In this document: positions 9,176 to 18,245 of the stretch, piece by piece
How the letters are laid out: the number at the start of each line of letters is the position of its first letter
Numbering within the stretch: the stretch's first letter is position 1
Sequence record: MN131137.2
Origin: Aeromonas phage D6
Strand: one strand, 5' to 3'
DNA length: 40,000 nt
Notes under the pieces: model-generated
What the model saw: the letters and a program-made list of their open reading frames with translations, nothing else
Told to the model about the DNA's origin: nothing
The model's database searches: none
Made by a program: the position numbers and the translations under genes

Positions 9176-10132
9176 ATGACCAACGCTGTTTTCAACATCT
9201 ACCTGTGTGGTGGTGTCGGTATCAAAGTAGGTAACCTGTTCAGCGCGGTAAGCCGCCAATCCCGCCACGTCGATCAGATCGTTGCCCTGGATTCGTCCAA
9301 CGCCAACAAAGCAGTTGATGACTGCTTCCCGATCGAACGTCTGGAAGGTGCCGAAGGTTCTGGCTCCGACAAACGTGCCAACATGCACCTGTACAAACCT
9401 TTCGTCAAGCAAGTGCTGTCCAAGTACCCGCCCAACAAGTTGAACATCGTCGTGTTCACTGGTTCCGGCGGTACTGGTTCCGGTATCGGTCCGCACGTCA
9501 TGCGTGAATTCCTGGAAGCGGGGATTCCGGCGCTGGCAATGGTGATTGGTGACGACAGTTCCATGAAAGAACTGGACAACACTGTCTCCACTCTGCGTTC
9601 CCTGGCAGCACAGACCAAGCTGGGTGTTCCGGTTTGTTTCACCTACCACCTGAACCGCCCTGAACTCACCCACTCCGCTGTGAACCAACAAGTAGTCCAG
9701 AGCATCGACTCTGCCCTGCTGGCACTGAACCTGGATAACGTCAGTATCGACTACGCTGACATCTCCAACCTGTTCTTCTTCAGCCGGGTGGTCAACGCCG
9801 ACCCCATCCTGACCCAGATGACCTTCCTGACGGATACCGACCTGGACAAGTACGATCGTCAACCGATCGCCGCTATTTCTGTCTTCGCCAAAGAAGATGA
9901 CATGCGTGCACCGTTCCCTGGTCTGATGTACCGCAAAGCAGGTACCTTCAGTGAAGCCAATGCCGGCTTTGAAGAATCCTGTCACGTAGTACTGGATCAC
10001 GGCAGTACCCTGGCTGAACTGGAAACCATGATGGAGTCCCACAAGAAACGCACCGATGGTATCGGGTCTCGTTTCAAAGTTCAGAAGTCCGCCATTATGG
10101 ACGGTGCCGACGACGACGGGATGTTCTGTTAA
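9176..10132 (+). CDS. phuZ: PhuZ-like phage tubulin/FtsZ-family GTPase (318 aa)
   Basis: Tubulin signature FTGSGGTGSGIG (GGTGSG G-box), N-terminal GGVGIKVGN nucleotide-binding loop, T7-loop-like NVSIDYADISNL; acidic C-terminal tail; strong codon bias; jumbo phage context. Confidence 0.9.
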   Translation: MTNAVFNIYLCGGVGIKVGNLFSAVSRQSRHVDQIVALDSSNANKAVDDCFPIERLEGAEGSGSDKRANMHLYKPFVKQVLSKYPPNKLNIVVFTGSGGTGSGIGPHVMREFLEAGIPALAMVIGDDSSMKELDNTVSTLRSLAAQTKLGVPVCFTYHLNRPELTHSAVNQQVVQSIDSALLALNLDNVSIDYADISNLFFFSRVVNADPILTQMTFLTDTDLDKYDRQPIAAISVFAKEDDMRAPFPGLMYRKAGTFSEANAGFEESCHVVLDHGSTLAELETMMESHKKRTDGIGSRFKVQKSAIMDGADDDGMFC

Positions 10133-10138
10133 TAGGAG

Positions 10139-10160
10139 AGGGGAGAAGAAATTCTCCCCT
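10139..10160 (+). terminator. terminator after phuZ
   Basis: AGGGGAGAA GAAA TTCTCCCCT followed by tctttt. Confidence 0.8.
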
Positions 10161-10168
10161 TCTTTTAT

Positions 10169-10444
10169 ATGAGAATAATTTTTAATCTTTCCAGGTATAC
10201 CGAGGAACTACGGACCACAAACCGTTCACCTGAAGGGTTTGCATTTGGAGCTTTACAACAAGCTATACGTGATATGGGGATACCTCTTCCACCAGCTTCG
10301 TTTGTTATCGCTTCCGATGACCAACATCTCTTTTATAACGAGATTTGTGGTATTGTTGAACGTGAACTAATTAGTCTGCCGACACCACGACACGCTAATC
10401 TGGTCATGATCTCTCCAATGTTCTTTCAACTGGAATTACTATAA
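10169..10444 (+). CDS. hypothetical protein (91 aa)
   Basis: ORF MRIIFNLSRYTEELRTTNRSPEG.... Confidence 0.6.
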   Translation: MRIIFNLSRYTEELRTTNRSPEGFAFGALQQAIRDMGIPLPPASFVIASDDQHLFYNEICGIVERELISLPTPRHANLVMISPMFFQLELL

Positions 10445-10454
10445 AGGAAACGCA

Positions 10455-10943
10455 ATGTACGTCGTCAACTTACTTGATCTGAAACAACGGATCAACTTCA
10501 CTCTCATGTACTGTCTCCACGACATGACAAGAGAAGATGAAGAAGAGCTGATGGTTAGTCTGACCGAGGTGGCACTCGATTTGACACTCAGTATGGTAAA
10601 CGACAAAACCGGCGAACACCCCGACGACATGTTTGATCGTTACATCAAGATGAAATATCCTGATGTCCAACATGTATTCGGGATCGGTGAAATAGTGACC
10701 AGCCTGGTCATTGAGATTCGGAAACGTTTCTTTACCGAGTTCGGACACGATAAGCGACTCATGTACAAACTGGTGCGTACCAAACGCGGTCGTACCCCGA
10801 TCTACTACTTCGCAATGGACCTGGAATTCACCTTCGAATGTGGTGGGTTCTTCCAGCCATCTCAAGAAGACCTCACCCAAGAGGTCGACGACAACCCGAG
10901 TCTGGAGACCATGAATGAGTTGTTCACCCGCGCCCATTATTGA
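10455..10943 (+). CDS. hypothetical protein (162 aa)
   Basis: ORF MYVVNLLDLKQRINFTLMYCLH..., preceded by aaaggaaac. Confidence 0.75.
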   Translation: MYVVNLLDLKQRINFTLMYCLHDMTREDEEELMVSLTEVALDLTLSMVNDKTGEHPDDMFDRYIKMKYPDVQHVFGIGEIVTSLVIEIRKRFFTEFGHDKRLMYKLVRTKRGRTPIYYFAMDLEFTFECGGFFQPSQEDLTQEVDDNPSLETMNELFTRAHY

Positions 10944-11373
10944 TTTCACTGCCTTCTATCCTGAGATAGAGAAAGCGATCGATAAGAACAGTGTGTACGC
11001 TAAGGGGTTGGTAAAGGAAGAGCATAAACTGTTCCTTGTCCCTGAGCTTGTCACCTGGCTGCTCGGAAGAACTTCCAGTTTCATCGTCAAGGGATATTTT
11101 CCTGACCCTCGGCTCAGAAACTTCTTCGACCACGATGTACTGATCGAAGAGTTCGACGATCTATTTCTAGAATTTAGGGACTACCTCAGACTGACCTATG
11201 GTTTGGTAGAAGGAACGCCCATCACTTTCTTGAGATACGATAACGTTCACACATTTATACCGTTGAAGGGTGTCAAAGATGATGCGCTTAATTACGACCA
11301 ATGTGACACATTTGGTCAAAGCAGTTTCTCAATGGTACCTCAATACGGAAACGTACAACCCCCTAGCTATTAA
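10915..11373 (+). CDS. hypothetical protein (152 aa)
   Basis: ORF MSCSPAPIIDFTAFYPEIEKAIDKNSVY..., small overlap with upstream gene. Confidence 0.65.
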   Translation: MSCSPAPIIDFTAFYPEIEKAIDKNSVYAKGLVKEEHKLFLVPELVTWLLGRTSSFIVKGYFPDPRLRNFFDHDVLIEEFDDLFLEFRDYLRLTYGLVEGTPITFLRYDNVHTFIPLKGVKDDALNYDQCDTFGQSSFSMVPQYGNVQPPSY

Positions 11374-11575
11374 GTATATTCGTGACAGGGATGTCAAAGC
11401 GTATAGCGAAGGGTTGTATGAGTTGTGTGGTAGCGATACCCCATTCGTACTTCAGGACACCATTGTTCACTTAGACCTCTTGATAGATGAAGTTGACAGA
11501 TCAAAAGACCTGGCCAATTTCTACTTCGAGGGGAACATCTTCATTATTGTGGAGGATCCGTATGGAACAGTTTAG
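11270..11575 (+). CDS. hypothetical protein (101 aa; start uncertain, 11270 GTG or 11279 ATG)
   Basis: ORF ending ...FEGNIFIIVEDPYGTV; overlaps the previous gene by about 100 nt. Confidence 0.5.
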   Translation: MSKMMRLITTNVTHLVKAVSQWYLNTETYNPLAIKYIRDRDVKAYSEGLYELCGSDTPFVLQDTIVHLDLLIDEVDRSKDLANFYFEGNIFIIVEDPYGTV

Positions 11576-11879
11576 GGGGTTACAACCCCAAGGGATATTC
11601 TCCCATAACTGTGCATTCCCGGGTGTCCCTACCGAGGTGGCTGCAAACCTCATTGGGATGTCTTTCAACATCTACGGGGTTAACCACCAAATCCCGTTCA
11701 ATCCCAACTTGGGTAACGAAGGTCTGGAGAGCGAAGACAAGAACATTGAAACTCGCAACCTGGACACGTATTACCAGCTGAAGAGTCTTCTGGGTAACTT
11801 CTCCAGGGAGTACACCAAAGTCGATGCCGAAGTTCGGTGTAGCAATGGTCTGTTCATGATTACCTTTAAATGCTGGTAA
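11562..11879 (+). CDS. hypothetical protein (105 aa)
   Basis: ATG at 11562 with GGAGG upstream; MEQFRGLQPQGIFSHNC.... Confidence 0.7.
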   Translation: MEQFRGLQPQGIFSHNCAFPGVPTEVAANLIGMSFNIYGVNHQIPFNPNLGNEGLESEDKNIETRNLDTYYQLKSLLGNFSREYTKVDAEVRCSNGLFMITFKCW

Positions 11880-11888
11880 GGAAATCAA

Positions 11889-12239
11889 ATGCAGATCATG
11901 TTGAACCACTTCGACTATGACACTCTGATCCCAGTGATACAAAGTGTTGCAGGAGATGACGTCCCGTTAACCTTGGAAACGATCACTCAAGTTTTGGTAC
12001 AGATGTCTGAAAGAGTCTGTGATACAACCTTAACGAGATGTGATTTGACAGAGGCTGAATTGGAATTTACTGACGCAATGTGTCTTCCATTAGTGAAGAA
12101 TGAAATGTTGACTGCTGTCAGGATATTCCCTGAGCGTCATCAAGTGGTAAGATATGGTAATAATTTGATTACCTTCCCCACCATCATTGCTGAGGTTTAT
12201 AATGACACTCGACCAGATCTCCGATGGGGATATTGTTAA
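11889..12239 (+). CDS. hypothetical protein (116 aa)
   Basis: ORF MQIMLNHFDYDTLIPVIQSVAGDDV... after aaggaaatca. Confidence 0.7.
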   Translation: MQIMLNHFDYDTLIPVIQSVAGDDVPLTLETITQVLVQMSERVCDTTLTRCDLTEAELEFTDAMCLPLVKNEMLTAVRIFPERHQVVRYGNNLITFPTIIAEVYNDTRPDLRWGYC

Positions 12240-12624
12240 CTTCGATATGGTCTTTCCTGGGATTCTTCAATCCCAGTATAAAGGCGTGGTAGTAACAGGG
12301 GTTTTCGATTACATTGTTGCTCGTGCTCTCGATCCGGAACTCCAGGTCAAGCATGATGCACTCTATCCTTACTTCAAGGATAGCGTCAACGATGTGAACG
12401 ATCCCAGTGTCTACCGTTATTTCGGTATTCGTCCTGATCCGACGAGTTCTGAAATTGTTGTTATCGGTTATCCCTGGATTCGACCGGACAGCCTCCAAGT
12501 CACACAAGGACGCGAAGCAGTTCTGATCATCTCCCCCTGGCAGCAAAGTTATGAAGCTCCTCTCAAGGACTTCCTTCGTAACCTGAACGCCGGGTTTGTT
12601 ATTCGGATCGACGATAAGAAATAA
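12187..12624 (+). CDS. hypothetical protein (145 aa; start uncertain, possibly 12199)
   Basis: ORF MLRFIMTLDQISDGDIVNFDMVFPGILQSQYKG.... Confidence 0.65.
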   Translation: MLRFIMTLDQISDGDIVNFDMVFPGILQSQYKGVVVTGVFDYIVARALDPELQVKHDALYPYFKDSVNDVNDPSVYRYFGIRPDPTSSEIVVIGYPWIRPDSLQVTQGREAVLIISPWQQSYEAPLKDFLRNLNAGFVIRIDDKK

Positions 12625-12631
12625 GTTAAAG

Positions 12632-12665
12632 GTTACTGTCGCTACCATCTGGTAGCGACAGTAAC
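12632..12665 (+). terminator. perfect 15-bp hairpin terminator
   Basis: GTTACTGTCGCTACC ATCT GGTAGCGACAGTAAC followed by tattctttgttt. Confidence 0.85.
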
Positions 12666-12698
12666 TATTCTTTGTTTATTTTCTTATCTGGAGAGATC

Positions 12699-14762
12699 AT
12701 GTCCAACGATAATCCATTTCTCTCTGAGAAATACAGTTCCGACAGGAACATTATTAAACACAACCTCGATCAGCAGGCGTTGGTTATTTCGAGGATGCGA
12801 AACGAGCCTTATCAAGAGGTCCGTAACAATTTAGTCAAGTTCTATAAAGCGCACAAAGATGAATTCAAGTCCAAGAAAGCTAAGGTCTTGGTAAAGAACA
12901 AACATGGTGACCGAGAGCTCCAGATACGTTCCATCTTCAGCGTGTTTAAAGAAGTACAAGCGAACAACTATCACTTTAGCCCGTCAATGATTGGTTATAC
13001 AAACTCTGATGAAGAAGAGTGTGTTAACTCAATCGGTACCCGTCAGTTCATTGACAACCGTAAGTTCTATAAGGACAAACGGCAAGAGGTACCAAAAGGC
13101 GGTGATATGTGGACGAAGTACAACGAACTTCAGAACGCATTCAAAATCTTTAACAACGCCCAATCAGGTGCGATGTCCTCCGAAGGTACACCGATCAACA
13201 ACAAGACCGGTCACACTTCATTGACGTCAAGCACTCGTTGTTTAACGTCGACAGCAAACCTGATTAACGAACAGTTCATAGCTGGTAACCGTTTCTATAA
13301 CACTCCAGAAAACACAATGCAGGCGATCATTGCTCGTCTGACAGTGAGTAATCTGAATGATATCGAAATGGTAATCAACAAGTTTGGGTTGAAAATACCA
13401 ACTGTTGAAGATGTGATGAAAATCGTGGAACGATGCTCTAGACGGTATTGGTCGTCAGCACTCGTTATGCGGTACATCAAGGTATTCCTGGACACGCTAA
13501 GTGGTCTTGAGTTAGCTGCCATAGCGTACACACTTGACTTGGTAACACTGTACGAGTTGAACGTTCCGGTTATTACGAAACTGTTTGACGACTACGTGCA
13601 CATCCCTGATTACGTTGAAGGTAAAGAGGGGATTAAACCGAACACTGGTGACCGTTATGTGTTGTGTATTTCCAAGCTTCCTCCTAAATCAGAGAAAGCC
13701 TGGGTTCCGCAGCTCAACGAATACCACATGTCAGTTGAACAGAAGTATGCCGATCTGTTCCGTGTGTTCTTCAAATCCAAAATACCACCATCTGGTCTGT
13801 TCGATGTAACCAGCGCTATCCGTGACGTGGTACTCACTTCCGATACTGACTCGTCCATCTATACAGTGGACGATATGATCGCGAACTACACCACCGAGCA
13901 CGAAACCGTGGTACGACTGAATGGCGTACTCACGTATTTCATTCGGATGATCTCTGTGGACCAACACGCTCAGCTTTCAGCCAACATGAACGTGTCACAG
14001 AAGAACATCAACCTGCTCACCATGAAGAACGAATACTTCTTCGGTGCTTATGTCACCACATCCATGTCTAAACACTATTACGCGACTCAGCGTATGGTTG
14101 AAGGTGTGACCAACCCTGAACCCGATATCGAGATCAAGGGTGTTCACCTGAAGTCTTCTAAGATCTCTCCGAAGATTAAAGAAGTAGCTGTGAAGATGAT
14201 GGAAGAAGCGTTGTTCGCTCTGGAAGAATCCAGAACACTTGACGCAGCTCAGACATTGGCAGATATCGCCAACCTGGAGCGTGAAGTTATCGGTGAACTC
14301 CAGAAGGGTGAGTATAGCTGGTTGTCAAAAGAAACCATCAAAGTTAAGGCGGTGTACGGTAACCCTGATAGTCAGATCTATCTTTACCACGATATGTGGG
14401 AATCGGTGTTCTCCGATAAGTATGGTCCTGCTCCAGAACTTCCATATACTGTTGTTAAAATGTCCGTAGATCTTGGAAACAAAACCAAGCTCGAAAGCTA
14501 CCTTAACAGCATCAAAGATTCCGAAATCCGTGAGCGTCTCAGATCTTTCCTTGAGAGCAAAGGAAAGAAAGACATGTCCAACATGTACGCTCCTCTAGAG
14601 CGTCTTCAGAACCTCCAGGATATTCCTGAGGAGATGAAACAGGCTATGGATATGCGGACTGTGATAAAGCAAAACTTCAAATGTATTTACGAGGTATTGC
14701 ACTCCACAGGGATCTATGTGATGAACGATAGTATCTCTCGACTCATCTCAGATGAACATTAA
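12699..14762 (+). CDS. family B DNA polymerase, C-terminal part (motif B, motif C, thumb; 687 aa)
   Basis: ATG 12699 with ggagag upstream. FKIFNNAQSGAMS resembles KxxxNSxYG motif B; LTSDTDSSIYT is motif C (DTDS); MKNEYFFGAYVTTSMSKHYYATQ...EIKGVHLKSS matches the post-motif-C K..Y...EIKG region. No N-terminal exonuclease or DxxSLYPS motif A. Confidence 0.75.
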   Translation: MSNDNPFLSEKYSSDRNIIKHNLDQQALVISRMRNEPYQEVRNNLVKFYKAHKDEFKSKKAKVLVKNKHGDRELQIRSIFSVFKEVQANNYHFSPSMIGYTNSDEEECVNSIGTRQFIDNRKFYKDKRQEVPKGGDMWTKYNELQNAFKIFNNAQSGAMSSEGTPINNKTGHTSLTSSTRCLTSTANLINEQFIAGNRFYNTPENTMQAIIARLTVSNLNDIEMVINKFGLKIPTVEDVMKIVERCSRRYWSSALVMRYIKVFLDTLSGLELAAIAYTLDLVTLYELNVPVITKLFDDYVHIPDYVEGKEGIKPNTGDRYVLCISKLPPKSEKAWVPQLNEYHMSVEQKYADLFRVFFKSKIPPSGLFDVTSAIRDVVLTSDTDSSIYTVDDMIANYTTEHETVVRLNGVLTYFIRMISVDQHAQLSANMNVSQKNINLLTMKNEYFFGAYVTTSMSKHYYATQRMVEGVTNPEPDIEIKGVHLKSSKISPKIKEVAVKMMEEALFALEESRTLDAAQTLADIANLEREVIGELQKGEYSWLSKETIKVKAVYGNPDSQIYLYHDMWESVFSDKYGPAPELPYTVVKMSVDLGNKTKLESYLNSIKDSEIRERLRSFLESKGKKDMSNMYAPLERLQNLQDIPEEMKQAMDMRTVIKQNFKCIYEVLHSTGIYVMNDSISRLISDEH

Positions 14763-14778
14763 TATTATGTAGAAAACC

Positions 14779-14808
14779 AACCCTCTCCCGCATCGCCGGG
14801 AGAGGGTT
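14779..14808. terminator. bidirectional terminator between convergent genes (shared stem family)
   Basis: AACCCTCTCCCG CATCGC CGGGAGAGGGTT, perfect 12-bp stem between the plus-strand polymerase gene and the minus-strand gene. Confidence 0.8.
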
Positions 14809-14816
14809 AATCTATG

Positions 14817-15917
14817 TTACATTTTTTCTTTCACATCTTTGTAAGTGTCAATGAAGAACTTCTTCCACTTGGGGTCTTTGACGTTCTCAAAGAGGAATCC
14901 AGGAGGAGTCTTAAAGAAAGTCTTGAGGTCAGAAGAGACCTTAGGATCTTCAAACCCTACGAACTCACCCAGATCCAGAAACCCTTGAACGTTATAAAGG
15001 TTAGCAAGTGTCCAGACCCAACTCAACTGTATATAGTAGAGTGACTTACCTGGGTTAGTGAAAACGTATGGTTTCAACGTCCCCCTGTCAAACAAAGAGA
15101 CTTGGTATCCCATGTACTGACTGAATGACTTCATTGGTGTCGCCATCATTGTACGACGTTTCCAGGCGTTCAATTCACCAACCGCTGGAATGTAGTTTTC
15201 CATTGCAAAGGGTGATTTATCAGCGTCCGGAACTTGACCATGTTCCCACATATCGAGGACAACCAAATCGTTGTAATCCATCCACATGTCCATGATGACT
15301 TGGAAGACATAGTGGTGTGGAGAAAGGCCAAGTGAAACATTACGAGCAATACGATCCTTCAGATACCAGTAGTATCCTGCGACAAATGCCGGGAGATCCA
15401 ACTCGAGTATTGTGAAGACATCGCTACTGTGATTCTTCTTATTCGTGTCTATCAACTTCTGACAATCCCAATAGTGCTTACCACCGTTGGTCATTATCGG
15501 AAAGAGTGATTTGATGCGATTTGAATTTTCACTGGCGATATTTATATTGTGTAACGAACTGGACGCATAGTCCATAGAAGTTACTACAAGTGTGTTGTGA
15601 TTCATTTCCGGAAAGAACTTTCCAGGGAAGTTGATCCCATCACGATAGAGAGTGACAAGGTTAACATCGTTGGCTGCGCGTCTTGCTTTTCCGTTGATAA
15701 CAGAGAGCAATGTACTTGGAGACCATGACGGGTCAACCGACACTTCTAGCAATAAGGTTACTAACGGATGATCGTTTTCAACCACCCTGTTCCCAGCTAA
15801 ACTGAACTCAAAGAACCTTGAACGATTTCTCGCCATGATCCTGTTCAGGTTATCTCGAGGTCCGTAGTTAGGAATCGGATAGTTGATTCCATTATCACGG
15901 AGAATGAAAGTTGACAT
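14817..15917 (-). CDS. hypothetical protein (366 aa)
   Basis: Long minus-strand ORF with no competing plus-strand ORF; MSTFILRDNGINYPIPNYGPRDN.... Confidence 0.85.
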   Translation of the reverse strand: MSTFILRDNGINYPIPNYGPRDNLNRIMARNRSRFFEFSLAGNRVVENDHPLVTLLLEVSVDPSWSPSTLLSVINGKARRAANDVNLVTLYRDGINFPGKFFPEMNHNTLVVTSMDYASSSLHNINIASENSNRIKSLFPIMTNGGKHYWDCQKLIDTNKKNHSSDVFTILELDLPAFVAGYYWYLKDRIARNVSLGLSPHHYVFQVIMDMWMDYNDLVVLDMWEHGQVPDADKSPFAMENYIPAVGELNAWKRRTMMATPMKSFSQYMGYQVSLFDRGTLKPYVFTNPGKSLYYIQLSWVWTLANLYNVQGFLDLGEFVGFEDPKVSSDLKTFFKTPPGFLFENVKDPKWKKFFIDTYKDVKEKM

Positions 15918-16066
15918 GTAAACCTCGTTGATTTAATTCTTCAAAATAGTTTCCTATTATATGTAAACAAATGTCAAGGAGTAATCCTTGGCTTTGCGCG
16001 GGAGACGTCCGTCTTGTAATAAATCTGGTACAAAAGATCGTTAAAAATTGACGTTCTATAAATTTT

Positions 16067-16090
16067 CAGATATATATTATTAGAGTGTAA
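16067..16090 (+). promoter_or_regulatory. putative phage promoter element
   Basis: CAGATATATATTATTAGAGTGTAA, upstream of the ChmA-like gene. Confidence 0.6.
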
Positions 16091-16155
16091 TAGTAGAACA
16101 GATTGTTCGAAATTCAAGACGTCCTGAGTTTTAAAGCAATAAAGGATAACATGTA

Positions 16156-18144
16156 ATGTCCGATAAACCTTCCAACAAAGGTTTCAGTCTCCCTGGACAA
16201 GACAGTCCTAGTGAAACTGGTGCCCAACACCAACCTGCCGTATCTGAAGTTCAAACCAAACCCGTAACCACCCTCAAAGAAGGAAAAGTGAATATGTCTA
16301 TCAACTCCCTGGCCTCCCTGATCGGTATGTCCTCCCTGGTTTCCCAAGCTGGCACCATCCCGGAAGTGAAAGCAATCGCCAAAGGTATCGACGACGCCGT
16401 GGCTGATCTGAAGCGTCAGATCGCTACCCCTGAGCAAATGGCAACCCTGCCGGCCGACGTGACCCACCTGACCTCCGACATCACCCAGCACCTGCCGGGT
16501 ATCGTACTGCCGCTGCGCCTGGGCCAGACCGTGTACGTGATGCCGATCCTGTTCTGGAAAGCCGGTGTGACCGACGCTACCGACACCATCATGGTGAACC
16601 AAGGTGAAGCACCGCGTGGTTTCGCCAAGACCGCGTCCAGCTTCATGCACATCGACATGATCAACAAGATCCGCGACAGCTTCGCCTTCTACGGCGAGAA
16701 GAAAGCCGACGAAGTCATGGCCACCAGCCCCTGCGTGATCAACCTGGAGCACTGGATCAAGGAAGGCAAGAACACCGAAGAAATGGTGCGCGAAGTCGTC
16801 AACGTGATCCTGACCGAATGGCACGCTGGTCTGATGACCCTGGGCGTGATGCTGACCACCAAGGCCGGCGGCGCAATCCCCAGCCCGTTCAAGAACAGCA
16901 AGCTGTTCGGTGATCAGGACACTGCCATCGCTCGTGTAGAAGCTGCCTACAACCCGGTCATCCGTGGCGTCACCACCGGTTACAACCTGGCTGTCAACAT
17001 CTCTACCGCGCCGAAGAACGCCCACATGGTCCACACCAACAACATGAACGCCAAGTCGGTCTGCAAGACCTTCCTGAACGTCCAGTTGGACACCATGCAG
17101 CCGCAGCAGTACGGTCATCTCCGTCAGCGTGCCGGTATGGGTCAGAACGTTGGTCCGATCGTTCCGGTCATCTCCATCGGTCAGACCATCCCGGGTGAAA
17201 CCCTGAACCACAACCAGTCCATCCTGTCGGCCGCCCTGGGTCTGTTCGCAGCCCTGACCGCCAACAACCTGCGTTTCTACTCCGAAGCAATCCGTGCCAA
17301 GGAAGTGGGTCACCGCGGTAACCTGGCTGTGTTCAACAACTACCTGTCCGCCATCACCCAGGGTCAGTACACCTCCGATCAGCTGCTGTCCGCCAAGAAC
17401 ATCAGCAACGTCGCCGTGGTGAACGACTGGATCCAACGCTTCGTGAACAGCCGCGCTGTCTACGTTGTCGACGTACCGACCTTCGGTCCGGATTCCAGCA
17501 TCTCTGACTTCTGGATGGGCATGGCCAAGTTCGGTCCGGGCTCCCTGTACCAGAACACTCTGATCGCCATCTTCGATGCACTGACCAACAAGAAGTTCAG
17601 CGAGAAGGCAGAAGAGAACGCCAAGATGGCTCAGCGTGATCCGTCCAAGCACTGGACCAAGGCCGACAAGGTTCTGTCCCTGACCCAGATGATCGTCCCG
17701 CGCGGCCGTGCTCAGGGCAAGGATGGCAAGTGGTTCTGCCTGAGCGAAATCGATGGCATGTTCCTGCGTCAGACCGAGTACCTGGGTACCAACGAAGTCG
17801 AGATCGCCGAGTACCAAGCTCTGGTACAAGGTTCCGTTCCGGGCGTTGATCGTCGCACCCGCGAGTTCAACCTGATCAACAAGCTCCAGCACATGTTCCA
17901 GGGCAACGTGATCATCGATGGTTTCGATGCTCGCCTGATCTGGTCCTCTGCGCTGTTCAACACCCTGGCCGAAGCAATGGTTTCCACCGGTACTCTGACC
18001 GTGAACTCCAGCGCTCACCAGTCCAACTGGACCATGGAATACTCCAACGAGCTGTTCGACCACTTCATGACTGCCGGTATCGTTCCGCAAGTCGGTGGTG
18101 GCGCGAGCGCTGCTCAGTTCGGCATGTACTCCAACCTGGTCTAA
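16156..18144 (+). CDS. chmA: candidate chimallin (ChmA), major phage-nucleus shell protein (662 aa)
   Basis: Very strong codon bias (high expression), lies immediately upstream of the RNAP beta' N-terminal subunit as phiKZ gp54 does upstream of gp55, in a phage with a PhuZ-like tubulin. Family assigned by synteny and expression signature, not alignment; a structural (capsid-type) protein is the alternative. Confidence 0.65.
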   Translation: MSDKPSNKGFSLPGQDSPSETGAQHQPAVSEVQTKPVTTLKEGKVNMSINSLASLIGMSSLVSQAGTIPEVKAIAKGIDDAVADLKRQIATPEQMATLPADVTHLTSDITQHLPGIVLPLRLGQTVYVMPILFWKAGVTDATDTIMVNQGEAPRGFAKTASSFMHIDMINKIRDSFAFYGEKKADEVMATSPCVINLEHWIKEGKNTEEMVREVVNVILTEWHAGLMTLGVMLTTKAGGAIPSPFKNSKLFGDQDTAIARVEAAYNPVIRGVTTGYNLAVNISTAPKNAHMVHTNNMNAKSVCKTFLNVQLDTMQPQQYGHLRQRAGMGQNVGPIVPVISIGQTIPGETLNHNQSILSAALGLFAALTANNLRFYSEAIRAKEVGHRGNLAVFNNYLSAITQGQYTSDQLLSAKNISNVAVVNDWIQRFVNSRAVYVVDVPTFGPDSSISDFWMGMAKFGPGSLYQNTLIAIFDALTNKKFSEKAEENAKMAQRDPSKHWTKADKVLSLTQMIVPRGRAQGKDGKWFCLSEIDGMFLRQTEYLGTNEVEIAEYQALVQGSVPGVDRRTREFNLINKLQHMFQGNVIIDGFDARLIWSSALFNTLAEAMVSTGTLTVNSSAHQSNWTMEYSNELFDHFMTAGIVPQVGGGASAAQFGMYSNLV

Positions 18145-18172
18145 GTAGACCTGAAGTAACTTAGTGCCAATT

Positions 18173-18202
18173 CACAGGAGGGGGAGAAATCCTCCTCCTG
18201 TG
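18173..18202 (+). terminator. strong terminator after the ChmA-like gene
   Basis: CACAGGAGGGGGA GAAA TCCTCCTCCTGTG (one G:U) followed by TTTTTCCTTTG. Confidence 0.9.
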
Positions 18203-18245
18203 TTTTTCCTTTGTTCTTTTTATTTTTGTCTCTAAGGAGTTAGAA

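Noticed and set aside
9173-10042. 289-aa minus-strand ORF opposite phuZ
   Set aside because: Shadow ORF of the clearly recognisable tubulin gene; His/Gln/Val-rich translation typical of antisense frames.
15940-15985. TTGACA...TATAAT on the minus strand considered as a sigma70 promoter
   Set aside because: The spacing between the hexamers is only about 10 nt, too short for sigma70; the CATATAATAG part may instead be a weak copy of the phage element.
16114-18090. 658-aa minus-strand ORF opposite the ChmA-like gene
   Set aside because: Its length is a side effect of the strong codon bias of the plus-strand gene; composition is low-complexity (H, V, G, D, Q-rich) and it has no independent start context.
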